From the NCBI GenBank assembly GCA_016234805.1, contig JACRNU010000028.1:2973-66972 (forward strand): 64,000 nucleotides of DNA, read 5' to 3'. Within the stretch, counting starts at the first letter, position 1. Each line of letters starts with the position of its first letter. Source of the stretch: Elusimicrobiota bacterium (lineage in GTDB: Bacteria; Elusimicrobiota; Elusimicrobia; UBA1565; UBA9628). Under the pieces are notes generated by a model, which saw only the letters and a program-made list of their open reading frames with translations, was not told the origin of the DNA and made no database searches. A program made the translations under genes and the position numbers. Positions 9,000 to 18,248 of this stretch are shown piece after piece.

Positions 9000-9098
9000 C
9001 AGCGGCCAAAAGGCCCATGCCAGGCCGGTCCAAGGGCCTCCCCGGGCTTGCCCCTTGGCCCCATGCGTCCCCCCCGGGCAGAGAGCTATCCTTATAAG

Positions 9099-10658
9099 AT
9101 GATTAGAACCTCCGCCTTCGTTCTCGCCATCCTGCTCGCCCCGCGATCCGGCTCAGCAGCCGGCCTCGTGGACCTCATCCGCGAGCGCAATATCAGCGCC
9201 CCTCTAGAGCTCACCGGCGGGCGGAGCTTCGGCGACCTGGCCGGGGACATGGACCTCGCGGCCCCGCAGCAGGGAGTCGGGGCTCCCGTCTTTGCCGCCG
9301 GCTTCAAGGAAGTCCAAAACCCTGATTACACGGACCCCAACGACCTGCCTCCGCCGAACCTCAAGGACGCGCACATCCAGGCGCTCATCAAGAAGATGGT
9401 CGCGGTCGAGGCGTCCCAACTGGGACCCAAGGCCAAGCCCGCGGACCTCAGCCTCACCCGGGAGGAAGTGACGCGGCTGGTCGGCAACCTCGCGGCCATC
9501 GACCGCAACTACGTGGACACCATCCCCTCCGCGGTCTGGGACCAGGCCGTGGCCGACATGGGCGAGGTCGCGGCCAAGGAGTTCGACGCCAAGAAGAAGA
9601 ACTGGGAGGCCACGATCAACTCCATGATCAATGCCGCGGCCTCCAAGATCCTCGACCCCTTCTCGGTCTACTGGAGCAAGGATGAGTTCAAGCGCTTCCA
9701 GGACCAGATGAAGAACTCCTTCGTGGGCATCGGCGTCATCCTGAAGACCGACGGCGCCATCGACATCGTGCTCCCCGGCGGCCCGGCTGACAAGGCGGGC
9801 CTTAAAGGCGGCGACAAGATCATCGCCGTTGACGGGACCCCCGTGAACACCGCCGAGCAGGTCATCAAGAAGACCCTCGGCAAGGCGGGCGTGCCTGTCA
9901 GCATCACGGTCGAGCGGGACGGCAAGGCCATCCCGGCCATCACCATCGTCCGCGGGAGCGTGGAGACCAAGAACGTCCACTCCAAGCTCGTGGACAAGAC
10001 CGTGGGCTACGTCTACCTCGGCCAGTTCAGCCCCGATTGCGACACGGAGGTCATCGCCGCCATCGCCAAGCTCCGCGACAAGGGCGCCAAGAAGCTCATC
10101 ATCGACGTCCGCGGCAACCCGGGCGGCACGGTGGATTCGGTCTCGGCCATCGCCTCCGAGTTCATGAAGAACAAGCAGCGCATCGTCAGCTTCAAGCGCC
10201 AGGGCAAGGTCATGTGGGAGAACGTGACCGACGGCGACGGCCGCTTCAAGGACATGCCGCTGGCCATCCTGGTCAACGACGGCTCAGCCTCGGCCAGCGA
10301 GATCCTCGCCGGCGCCATCCAGGACGTGCGCGGCCCCGTCGTGGTCGGCAGCCGCTCCTACGGCAAGGGCACCATGCAGACCGTCCTGCCCGACCAGGAG
10401 GGCCGTGCCCTCAAGCTCACCATCGGCCGCTGGTACACCCCCAGGGACCGCAGCATCGACGCCCAGCACGACCCCAAGACCCGCGAGAAGGTCAAGGACA
10501 CCGGCGGCGTCATCCCGGACCACATGATCGTCCTTTCCGAGGAAGATGAGCGCGCCATCATGCGTCAGCTTTTCCGCGAAGTCCAGGGCGCGGCGCCGGA
10601 CGGCCCCGCTGTCGCGGACCCGGTTTTGAGGAAGGCCCTGGAGATCCTGGGCCGCTGA
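9099..10658 (+). CDS. ctpA: Carboxy-terminal processing peptidase (S41 family) with a PDZ domain
   Basis: The start is reset to the ATG at 9099, giving the signal peptide MIRTSAFVLAILLAPRSGSAAG. It has a PDZ region (GIGVILK...PGGPADKAGLKGGDKIIAVDG), S41 motifs (DVRGNPGG, NDGSASASEI) and a catalytic Lys region (GSRSYGKGT). Confidence 0.9.
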   Translation: MIRTSAFVLAILLAPRSGSAAGLVDLIRERNISAPLELTGGRSFGDLAGDMDLAAPQQGVGAPVFAAGFKEVQNPDYTDPNDLPPPNLKDAHIQALIKKMVAVEASQLGPKAKPADLSLTREEVTRLVGNLAAIDRNYVDTIPSAVWDQAVADMGEVAAKEFDAKKKNWEATINSMINAAASKILDPFSVYWSKDEFKRFQDQMKNSFVGIGVILKTDGAIDIVLPGGPADKAGLKGGDKIIAVDGTPVNTAEQVIKKTLGKAGVPVSITVERDGKAIPAITIVRGSVETKNVHSKLVDKTVGYVYLGQFSPDCDTEVIAAIAKLRDKGAKKLIIDVRGNPGGTVDSVSAIASEFMKNKQRIVSFKRQGKVMWENVTDGDGRFKDMPLAILVNDGSASASEILAGAIQDVRGPVVVGSRSYGKGTMQTVLPDQEGRALKLTIGRWYTPRDRSIDAQHDPKTREKVKDTGGVIPDHMIVLSEEDERAIMRQLFREVQGAAPDGPAVADPVLRKALEILGR

Positions 10659-10669
10659 GGCATGAGACC

Positions 10670-10975
10670 GTGCGACTCGAGCGCTGGGGTCTGGCGATGC
10701 TCTTGGCTGCCTGCGCCTGCGGGGAAAAGCCGGACGCGCCTCCCGCGGACAAGCCCGGCACGACCCGCTCCGCCGGCCCTGCGGCAGACTCCATGACCGA
10801 CACAGGCAAGCGCAAGCCAGCGGATTTCCCGGCCGAGATGACCGAGAAGCCCAAGGACTTCGCGGCCGGGGAAGGCGTGCCCGAATCCTTCAAGGCCATC
10901 GTCAAGAAGACCCTCCCGGCCAAGAGCACCCCCAAGAAGGTGAAGCCGGAGAAGGAACAGAAGGGAAGCCCTTAG
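10670..10975 (+). CDS. Small lipoprotein, Lys/Pro-rich
   Basis: GTG start. The lipobox is LLAAC|A. The gene sits 11 nt after ctpA. The remainder is low complexity. Confidence 0.55.
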   Translation: MRLERWGLAMLLAACACGEKPDAPPADKPGTTRSAGPAADSMTDTGKRKPADFPAEMTEKPKDFAAGEGVPESFKAIVKKTLPAKSTPKKVKPEKEQKGSP

Positions 10976-11100
10976 AAAGCCGTCATTCATGGGGCGCGGC
11001 GCTGGCCCGATGCCTTGTGCGCCCCCCTCGTATCCCGGGGGTCTAGCCGATGAGAAGACGACCGGCCAGGACCAGCCGAATTGCTATCATTCCTCCTGTC

Positions 11101-11769
11101 ATGCGCGTGAGCGGAGTGATCACGGCCATCAACGAGGCCCCCACTATCCGGGAAGTCCTGCGCGCGGCCAAGCCCTTCGTCTCCGAACTCATCGTGGTAG
11201 ATGGGCGCTCCAGCGACGGCACCCCCGAGATCGCCCGCGAGGAAGGCGCGTGGGTGCTCCAGGACAATGGGCGCGGCAAGGGGGAGGCGACCCGGCTCGG
11301 CATCGAGGCGGCCTCCGGCGAGTTGGTTCTCATCATGACCGCCGACGGTTCCGATGACTACGCCAGCATCCCCCATTTACTCGAGCCCCTCTTCAAGGGG
11401 CGCGCCGACCTGGTCGTGGGCAGCCGCTACCTGGGAGGCAGCGAGGAGCTCAGCATCACTCTCGTCCAACTCATCCGAAGCATGGGCAACATCTCCCTCA
11501 ATGTCCTGATCAACTGGCGCTGGAGAGTCCAGCTCTCCGACGTGCTCAACGGCTTTCGCGCCATGCGCCGCGACGCGGCCTTAGGTCTGGGCCTGAGCGA
11601 GGACTCTGCGGCCATTGAGGTGGAGATGGTGGTCAAGGCCCTGCGCCGCGGCCTCAAAGTGATCAATATCCCCACCCATGAGTTCGCCCGCCGCTACGGC
11701 GAGACTCGCCTCCAGGTGTGGCGCGAGGGGGCCAAGATCTACTGGTGCACCTTGCGGCACCTGCTCTGA
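11101..11769 (+). CDS. Family 2 glycosyltransferase (polyprenyl-phosphate sugar synthase-like)
   Basis: The start is reset to MRVSGVITAINE. It has the GT-A pattern VVDGRSSDGT ... ADGSDD (DxD-like) ... GFRAMRR. Confidence 0.85.
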   Translation: MRVSGVITAINEAPTIREVLRAAKPFVSELIVVDGRSSDGTPEIAREEGAWVLQDNGRGKGEATRLGIEAASGELVLIMTADGSDDYASIPHLLEPLFKGRADLVVGSRYLGGSEELSITLVQLIRSMGNISLNVLINWRWRVQLSDVLNGFRAMRRDAALGLGLSEDSAAIEVEMVVKALRRGLKVINIPTHEFARRYGETRLQVWREGAKIYWCTLRHLL

Positions 11770-11770
11770 G

Positions 11771-13468
11771 ATGTCCTGGACACGGGCCGTGTTCCTCGGT
11801 CTGGAATGGGCTTGGTGCCTGCTCGGCCTTCTCTGTCTGGGCGCGTCCGCGAGCCTGCTCCTCAAGCCCGAGTTAAGCCGCCGTCTCAAGCATCTGGAGG
11901 ACTTCCCGCGCCTGCGCCCCGCCCTTTGGGCCCTGGGCCTCCTGCCTCCCGTCCTCATCGCGGTCTTCAAGTTGGCCCAGTTTCATTCCTTCCAGCTCAT
12001 GTTCGACTCGGGGCTCTCGGCCAACCTAGCCTGGAACGCCCTCCACGGAGTGGGGCTCTCCCACTGCAGCGTGCTCGGGGACCAGACCTATTTCAGCGTC
12101 CATTTCTCCTTCACCATGGCCCTTCTGGCCCCCCTGCTCCTGATTTGGGAAAGCACCGCCATCCTCGCCTTGGCCTACGGCCTGGCCATCGGCTCGATGG
12201 TCCCGGCGGCCTTCCTCATCGGGCGCAGGCTGTGCACGCACCGGACCGTTCCCTGGGCGCTGGCCTTGCTCACCATGTCCCATCGCTTCTTCCATGATGT
12301 GGGGGGAAGCCCCATCGACAACAACGGCTTCCCGGGACCCCTGGGGCTGTGGGCCGCCTGGCTCTGGCTCTCGGGGCGGCGCGGACTTTCCATCCTCCTG
12401 GGGCTGGCCCTATTCACCCCGCGCGAGCAGACCCCTTTTCTCTTCTTCGGAGTGGGGCTGTTCTTCCTGACACGGGCCTGGACCCTGCTGCGCCGCGACC
12501 GCTCCAGCTCCATCCGGGCCGCCTGGGTTGGGGCGGCCCTGGCCATATGCTCGGCTTTGGCTTGGGCCTTCGAGCTTTTGGTGATTCGCTCGGCCCAACT
12601 CGCCTTCCCGGAATGCGCCATCAACTATTGGGCGGTCTTCAAATCCTTGGGAGGCGCCCAAGGAGCCGTGCTCCACCGCCTCCTGACCTCCCCCTGGGAT
12701 ATCCTCATCGCCATGGTCCATCCCTTCAAGAAACTGGGCACGGCGGCGGAGGTATTCCTCCCCTTCGGGCTGTTGCCCCTATTCTCAGGCGCCGCACTCT
12801 GGCCCGTTCTCACCACTTGGGCGCCTCATCAGCTGGCCGATTACGGCACGGAGGGGTTCCATGCCCTCAACTCCCAGGCGGGCTCCATCCTCCTGGGACC
12901 CTTGGTCGTCGCATCCGCTTCGGGGGTGAACCGGCTCCTGGGTTTGCTGGGCGCGGCGGGACGAAGGAGGCTGTTTGCCTGCCTGCTGGCCGTCGCTGGC
13001 GCGGGCTTCTTCCGCAATTCCGGCTGGCAGCTTCCCCCTGGGTTAATCCCCTCAGCCTGGCCCAAGACCGGTCCCCGGGCATTGGCCTTGATCCCCAAGA
13101 ACGCCAAGGTCTGGAGCGACGAGTTCTTCCTTCCCCAACTCGCCCTGCGCCGGTATGTCAAGGTTCTGCCCCGGGCCTATTCCGAGAACAACTTCCAGGT
13201 GAGGCTCTTCGCCCCGGACTGGGTGCTGCTCTCAGCGGGCTGGGTCCGGCTGGCCCAACCCGGGGTGCCCGACCAGGTGATGGAATTCCTCAAAACACGC
13301 GGATACCAGCCGGTGTTCCGGGAGGCGGACCTCGTCGTCCTGGCATCCCCCGAGGCGCTCAAGGGAGAATTGCTTCCCTTGGAATGGGTGTCCCTCGCGG
13401 AGAAAAGGCAAGCCCGGGAAAAAGCCGCAGAACCAGCCCCAGGGGCCGTCAGGTCCCCGGGGTCCTAG
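11771..13468 (+). CDS. Polytopic membrane protein, probably a GT-C-like glycosyltransferase (DUF2079-like)
   Basis: The start is reset to the ATG at 11771, 1 nt after the GT2 stop. It has more than 10 hydrophobic segments followed by a ~150 aa soluble C-terminal domain. The family assignment is from memory only. Confidence 0.6.
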   Translation: MSWTRAVFLGLEWAWCLLGLLCLGASASLLLKPELSRRLKHLEDFPRLRPALWALGLLPPVLIAVFKLAQFHSFQLMFDSGLSANLAWNALHGVGLSHCSVLGDQTYFSVHFSFTMALLAPLLLIWESTAILALAYGLAIGSMVPAAFLIGRRLCTHRTVPWALALLTMSHRFFHDVGGSPIDNNGFPGPLGLWAAWLWLSGRRGLSILLGLALFTPREQTPFLFFGVGLFFLTRAWTLLRRDRSSSIRAAWVGAALAICSALAWAFELLVIRSAQLAFPECAINYWAVFKSLGGAQGAVLHRLLTSPWDILIAMVHPFKKLGTAAEVFLPFGLLPLFSGAALWPVLTTWAPHQLADYGTEGFHALNSQAGSILLGPLVVASASGVNRLLGLLGAAGRRRLFACLLAVAGAGFFRNSGWQLPPGLIPSAWPKTGPRALALIPKNAKVWSDEFFLPQLALRRYVKVLPRAYSENNFQVRLFAPDWVLLSAGWVRLAQPGVPDQVMEFLKTRGYQPVFREADLVVLASPEALKGELLPLEWVSLAEKRQAREKAAEPAPGAVRSPGS

Positions 13469-13629
13469 CGCTCCGACCGGCTCATAATCGGTGTTTTGGC
13501 CGGCCGATTCCAGAGTGAGCCAAGGAGGGAGGAGGGAGAAGGCTGGACGCCTGCGACCGACGAGCGACGCAGGCGCAGCCCAAAAGCGCCCCGGGCCTCC
13601 GAAGTGTGTCACTTATTTCTTAACGAGCC

Positions 13630-14874
13630 CTAAGCGGCCTTGCGGTACACGATGGCCACCACGGTCTTGTCGTCTCCGCCCATGTTGATGGACAGGCCGT
13701 AGGGACGCTCAGGCGAGAGCTTGATTTGCGCGCTGCCGGCCTTGCCGGTGAGCTGTTCCCAGAGGGTGACCGCCTGGTGCACGCCGGTCGCGCCCGTGGG
13801 ATGGCCCCAGCCGACCAAGCCGCCCGTGGTGTTGAAGGGAACCTTGCCCGCGCGCGAGGTTTCGCCGGCGAGCACGAAGTCCGGGCCTTCTCCGGGCTTG
13901 GCCAAACCGATGGCTTCGGTGGCAAGCACGCCCGCGATGGTGAAGCAATCGTGGGTCTCCACGGTGCCGAGGTCGGAGGCCCTGATACCGGCGGATCTCA
14001 GAGCAGCCTCGACAGCACGGGCCGTGGTCTCGAGCCGGGTCGGGTCCTCAGGCGGAACGGTCAGGTCCGCCTCGACCTGGCCGAAGCCCACGACCTCGAC
14101 GGCGTCCGACTTGGCGATGCCCGCGCGCTTCAAGCCCTCCTCGGACATGATGGCGATGGCCGAGGCCCCGTCGGAAACCTTGGAGCAGTCGTAGACGCTC
14201 AAGTGCTCCACGAAGCTCCTGGGATTGGGCTCGGTCATGCCCATGGCGTCCAGATCCTTCTGGTTGTTCTGGTGCTCCTGCGCCGTGGGGCACAGGCGGG
14301 CGTTCTCGATGGCGTTGCGGTACCAGCGCGCCATGGCGCTGCGGGTCTTGTCCCTTCCGTGCTTGGCGTAATAGGCGCCTGCGCGATCGCTGAACTTGCC
14401 CGGGAAATAGTGCGCGTGACCGGCTTTGCGGTCCTTGCGCCAGCCGGCTGTGGAGAGGATGTCCGCGCCGTACACTGCCTTGACCGTGTTCTGGACCTCC
14501 ACGCCCAAGGCCAGCACGACCTCGGCGGTCTCGGCCAGGATGGACTTGATGCCTGACGCCAGGGCCAGGCCGCCGGAGCAGCAGGCCCCCTCGACACGGG
14601 TGCAGGGCTTCCACTTCAGGCCCTCGTCGATGGAAGGGATGAGGGCCGCGAGGTTGCCCTGGTTGTTGAACCGGGCTGCCATGAAGTTGCCGATCACGCC
14701 CTCATCCACGTTCCTGGCTCCCCCGATCTTGGAGAGGGTCCCCTTGCCTGCCTCCTTGATATAGTCCTCGAGTCCCGGCCGCGGCTTCTTGGGGTGGAAC
14801 TCCTTGCGTCCCGAGCCCATGGACACGGTGTTGAAACCGGCTGTCATGTAGACCTTGCGTCGGAGGGTTATCAT
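13630..14874 (-). CDS. Thiolase-fold protein (SCP-x-type / acetyl-CoA acetyltransferase-like)
   Basis: It has an active-site Cys region (VEGACCSGGLAL) and C-terminal motifs (ETHDCFT, GGLVGWGHPTGATG). The start overlaps the upstream stop as ATGA. Confidence 0.85.
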   Translation of the reverse strand: MITLRRKVYMTAGFNTVSMGSGRKEFHPKKPRPGLEDYIKEAGKGTLSKIGGARNVDEGVIGNFMAARFNNQGNLAALIPSIDEGLKWKPCTRVEGACCSGGLALASGIKSILAETAEVVLALGVEVQNTVKAVYGADILSTAGWRKDRKAGHAHYFPGKFSDRAGAYYAKHGRDKTRSAMARWYRNAIENARLCPTAQEHQNNQKDLDAMGMTEPNPRSFVEHLSVYDCSKVSDGASAIAIMSEEGLKRAGIAKSDAVEVVGFGQVEADLTVPPEDPTRLETTARAVEAALRSAGIRASDLGTVETHDCFTIAGVLATEAIGLAKPGEGPDFVLAGETSRAGKVPFNTTGGLVGWGHPTGATGVHQAVTLWEQLTGKAGSAQIKLSPERPYGLSINMGGDDKTVVAIVYRKAA

Positions 14875-16220
14875 CGGACCACTTTCTCCTTGAAGTATTC
14901 ATTGACCGGGCCGTAGGCGTGGAAGAAGCCGGTCAGGAGGACCTTATTGACGTCCGAAGCGCTCGCTGCCACGCCGTCGGACACCAGGCCCAGCCCGATC
15001 TCCTTGGAGCGGGAGCCGTAGCGCTTGGCCAGGTCCGCAGCCAGGGTGTTCATGCCGTCGAGCTTGCCGAAGAAATCGGCCAGGGCCTTGTCCTTGGAAG
15101 GGTGCTTGACCGCGGCCTTCCACGGCAGGGCCGGCTCAGGCAGGGGCCCGAGCTTCTTGTCGCACTCGGCCTGGAACTCGGAGAGCGGAACATAGCGTTT
15201 GCCCTCGGGATCCCACACCCCGGCGATCTTATTGCCCTCGTACTTGAGGAACCCGTCCTTCTGGGAGCCGTCATGGTTCTGGCCTCCCTTGACGCCCTGT
15301 CCCAGCAATCGGTCGATGAGGGCGCTCTTGAGACCCTTGCCGGGCAGGCGCGGGTCCATGACATCGAGGATGCACTGGCACACGTCGAGTCCCACGTAGT
15401 CCACGAGCTGGAAGATGCCCATGGGCCGGACAAGGAAGTCCTGGCTCACCTTGTTGACCGAATACACGGCTCCGGTGAAGGGCATGTCCTTGGCCAGGCG
15501 CTCGGCCTCGGAGATGCCGTGCAGCATGTCGCGCATGAAGTGTCCGTTGCCGATGAAGCCTGCCACGTCGTTGGACGGGACCACGGTCTTGCGCAGGCTC
15601 TTGGCCAGGGTCTCGGCGAACTTGGCGACCTCGGGAAGGGTGGCCTTGCCGCGGATGAGCTCCACCAGCTTCTGCACGGCCGGAGGGTTGTAGAAGTGGA
15701 AGCCCATGATCTTCCCCCCCAGGAAGGCCTTCTCGTCGATCTCGTGGATGGGGATGGAGGAGGTGTTGGTGAACACCCAGGCCTTGGACCCGACCCCGGC
15801 GCACCCGGCGAAGAGCTTGAGCTTGAGGTCCAGGCTCTCGGGCGCGGCCTCGAAGATGACATGGGCCTCGGCCGCCGCAGCCACGAGCGTGGTGGGCCGG
15901 ACGATGTCGAGCACGCGGCTGACGTAGGCGTCGATGATCTCCCCGTTGTCCACAAGATCCTCGCGGTCAGCATAAGCGGACCGCAAGGAGACGATCTTCT
16001 TTTCAGCTGATTTCCTCACCTGCTCTCGAAGGTATTTCACCAAGCCCGACAGGGCTTGGTGAGAAATGTCCACAGCGTGCAGGACGAAGGTCTTGGAGCG
16101 GTTCTCGGGCTTGAGAGAAAGGTCCGCCATCTCCTGGCTCACGAGGCTGACGATGCCGCTGCCCATCTTGCCTGCCGCGCCGAGCACGGCCGTGTTCTCG
16201 AGTCTCTCGCTATATTCCAT
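14871..16220 (-). CDS. NAD-dependent 3-hydroxyacyl-CoA dehydrogenase, long form (449 aa)
   Basis: It has an N-terminal Rossmann motif (VLGAAGKMGSGI), FHFYNPPAV and a C-terminal 3HCDH-like domain. Confidence 0.85.
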   Translation of the reverse strand: MEYSERLENTAVLGAAGKMGSGIVSLVSQEMADLSLKPENRSKTFVLHAVDISHQALSGLVKYLREQVRKSAEKKIVSLRSAYADREDLVDNGEIIDAYVSRVLDIVRPTTLVAAAAEAHVIFEAAPESLDLKLKLFAGCAGVGSKAWVFTNTSSIPIHEIDEKAFLGGKIMGFHFYNPPAVQKLVELIRGKATLPEVAKFAETLAKSLRKTVVPSNDVAGFIGNGHFMRDMLHGISEAERLAKDMPFTGAVYSVNKVSQDFLVRPMGIFQLVDYVGLDVCQCILDVMDPRLPGKGLKSALIDRLLGQGVKGGQNHDGSQKDGFLKYEGNKIAGVWDPEGKRYVPLSEFQAECDKKLGPLPEPALPWKAAVKHPSKDKALADFFGKLDGMNTLAADLAKRYGSRSKEIGLGLVSDGVAASASDVNKVLLTGFFHAYGPVNEYFKEKVVR

Positions 16221-16223
16221 GGT

Positions 16224-17003
16224 TCACCATTTCGCCGGCCGCTTCTCGAGGAAGGCCTTCATGCCTTCCGCGCCCTCGTTGCCGAACAATGAGCCGAAGA
16301 GCTCGGACTCGAGGGAACAGCCTGCCTTGAAATCACCCGCCATGCCTTGGCGCACGAGCCGCTTGACCAGGCGAACGGCCTTGGGACCCATGGAAGCGAT
16401 CTTCGCGGCCATGGCTCCGACCTCGGTCATGAGCGCCTCAGGCGCCGTCACCTTCTGGACCAGGCCGAGGCGGAGCGCCTCATCCGCGTTGACCATGTCC
16501 CCGGTCAGCAGGAGGTGCAGGGCGGCGCCGGAGCCGATGAGCCTCGGCAGCCTCTGCGTGCCCGCGTAGCCCGGGGTCAGGCCCAGCTTGACCTCGGGCT
16601 GGCCGAACTTGGCCAGCGTGCTTGCCACGCGCACGTCGCAGGACAGGGCCAGCTCGCAGCCCCCGCCCAGGGCGAAGCCGTTGATTGCCGCGATCACGGG
16701 CTGCGGCAGGTCCTCCATGGCCTGGAACACGGCCTGTCCCAGGAGGGAGAACTCGGAGCCCTGCTTGGAGTCCATGGTCACCATCTCCGCGATGTCGGCC
16801 CCAGCGGCAAAGGCCTTGCCCTCGCCGGTGAGGACCATGACCCGGATGTCGGTCCTGACCGAAAGGTCCTTGAGGAGCGCGCCCATCTCCACGAAGAACC
16901 TCGTGTTGAGGGCGTTCAAGGCCTGGGGCCGGGAGTTGGTCACGGTCAGGATCCCGTCCTTCTCTTCGAGCTTCAGGGTCTCGTAGTTCATGGCGCAGTC
17001 CAT
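16224..17003 (-). CDS. Enoyl-CoA hydratase (crotonase)
   Basis: The motifs are KAFAAGADI ... AAINGFALGGGCELAL ... FGQPEVKLGL ... EGMKAFLEKR. The start could instead be MNYETLK at 16991. Confidence 0.9.
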   Translation of the reverse strand: MDCAMNYETLKLEEKDGILTVTNSRPQALNALNTRFFVEMGALLKDLSVRTDIRVMVLTGEGKAFAAGADIAEMVTMDSKQGSEFSLLGQAVFQAMEDLPQPVIAAINGFALGGGCELALSCDVRVASTLAKFGQPEVKLGLTPGYAGTQRLPRLIGSGAALHLLLTGDMVNADEALRLGLVQKVTAPEALMTEVGAMAAKIASMGPKAVRLVKRLVRQGMAGDFKAGCSLESELFGSLFGNEGAEGMKAFLEKRPAKW

Positions 17004-17005
17004 GG

Positions 17006-18145
17006 TCAGCCCAGGAGGCTGCGCGCGATGACGTAGCGCTGGATCTCGGAGGTGCCCTCGTAGATCTCCGTGATGCGCTGGTCGCGGTAGAGACGCTCGA
17101 CCTTGAATTCCTTCATGAAGCCGTAGCCTCCGTGGACCTGGATGGCCTTATGGCACACCCGGTGCGCCATCTCGGAGGCGAAGAGCTTGAGCATGGCCGC
17201 CTCCTTGGTGTAGCGCTTGGCGCCCGAATCCTTCATCCACGCCACCTTGAAAAGCATGGTCTTGGCCAGCTCCACGTCGGTCGCCATGTCCGCGAGCATG
17301 AACTGGATGCCCTCGAGGTCCCCGATGGGCTTGCCGAACTGCACGCGCTCCTTGGCGTAGCGCACGCTCTCGTCCAAGGCCGCCTCGGCGATGCCGATGG
17401 CCTGGGCCGCGATGCCGATGCGGCCGCCGTCGAGGGTCGTCAGGGCGACCTTCAAGCCCTTGCCCTCCTCGCCGAGCAGGGCGTCCTTGGGCAGGCGGCA
17501 TTTGGCGAACACCATCTCGGTCGTGCTCGAGGAGCGGATGCCCATCTTGTTCTCGTGCTTGCCGACCGAGAACCCGGGGGTCCCCTTCTTGACGAGGAAC
17601 GCCGAGATCCCGGGCTTGCCTCCCACGTCGACCCGGGTGAAGACGATGACCGCGTCCGCGATGGCGCCGTTGGTGGTGAAATTCTTGGTCCCGTTGAGCA
17701 GGTAGCCGTCGCCGTCCTTGACCGCGGTGGTGCGCATGGAGGCGGGGTCGCTGCCCGCGCCGGCCTCGGTCAGGGAGAAGCACCCGATCCACTCCCCGGT
17801 GCTGAGCTTGGGCAGGAATTCCTTCTTCTGCGCCTCGGTCCCGAAGTGCTCGACGGCGTCGTTGACCAGCGAGTTCTGCACGGACATGGCCACGGCCACG
17901 CCCGCGTCCATCTTGGCGATCTCGACCACGGCCCCGGCGTAGGCCACCGCGCCCAGGGCCGTGCCTCCGTAGGCTTCCGGCACCGTCATCCCGAGGTAGC
18001 CCAGTTCGCCCAGGTGCTTGAGGAGCTTGACGTCGACCTCGGCTTTCTCGTCGCGCTCGGCCGCGCCCGGCGCCAGCTTCTCGACCGCGAAGCGCTTGGC
18101 CTCGTCGATCGCCATCCTCTGCTCGTCGCTGAACTGGAAATCCAT
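17006..18145 (-). CDS. Acyl-CoA dehydrogenase (butyryl-CoA dehydrogenase-like)
   Basis: The sequence reads MDFQFSDEQ...CFSLTEAGAGSD...QIHGGYGF...YEGTSEIQ. The start is set to 18145 because GGAGGA lies 4-5 nt upstream of it. Confidence 0.9.
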   Translation of the reverse strand: MDFQFSDEQRMAIDEAKRFAVEKLAPGAAERDEKAEVDVKLLKHLGELGYLGMTVPEAYGGTALGAVAYAGAVVEIAKMDAGVAVAMSVQNSLVNDAVEHFGTEAQKKEFLPKLSTGEWIGCFSLTEAGAGSDPASMRTTAVKDGDGYLLNGTKNFTTNGAIADAVIVFTRVDVGGKPGISAFLVKKGTPGFSVGKHENKMGIRSSSTTEMVFAKCRLPKDALLGEEGKGLKVALTTLDGGRIGIAAQAIGIAEAALDESVRYAKERVQFGKPIGDLEGIQFMLADMATDVELAKTMLFKVAWMKDSGAKRYTKEAAMLKLFASEMAHRVCHKAIQVHGGYGFMKEFKVERLYRDQRITEIYEGTSEIQRYVIARSLLG

Positions 18146-18248
18146 CTCATCCTCCATCGGCCGGAATCTGCGGCCTCGAAACCGCGGGCTCCCATACTCT
18201 ATAAAATTTCAAGCAGGGCGCAAGGGAAGGCGGAGGCTTCGGGCCCGT

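Noticed and set aside
13469-13629. A 160 bp convergent spacer with an 8 bp stem (CGCCTGCG ... CGCAGGCG, 12 nt loop) and partial similarity to sequence next to REP copy B. It was considered as a fourth REP copy or a small RNA.
   Set aside because: The three-arm core GCCGGGC/GCCCGGC is absent and the similarity is short and patchy. It is most simply a weak bidirectional terminator region.
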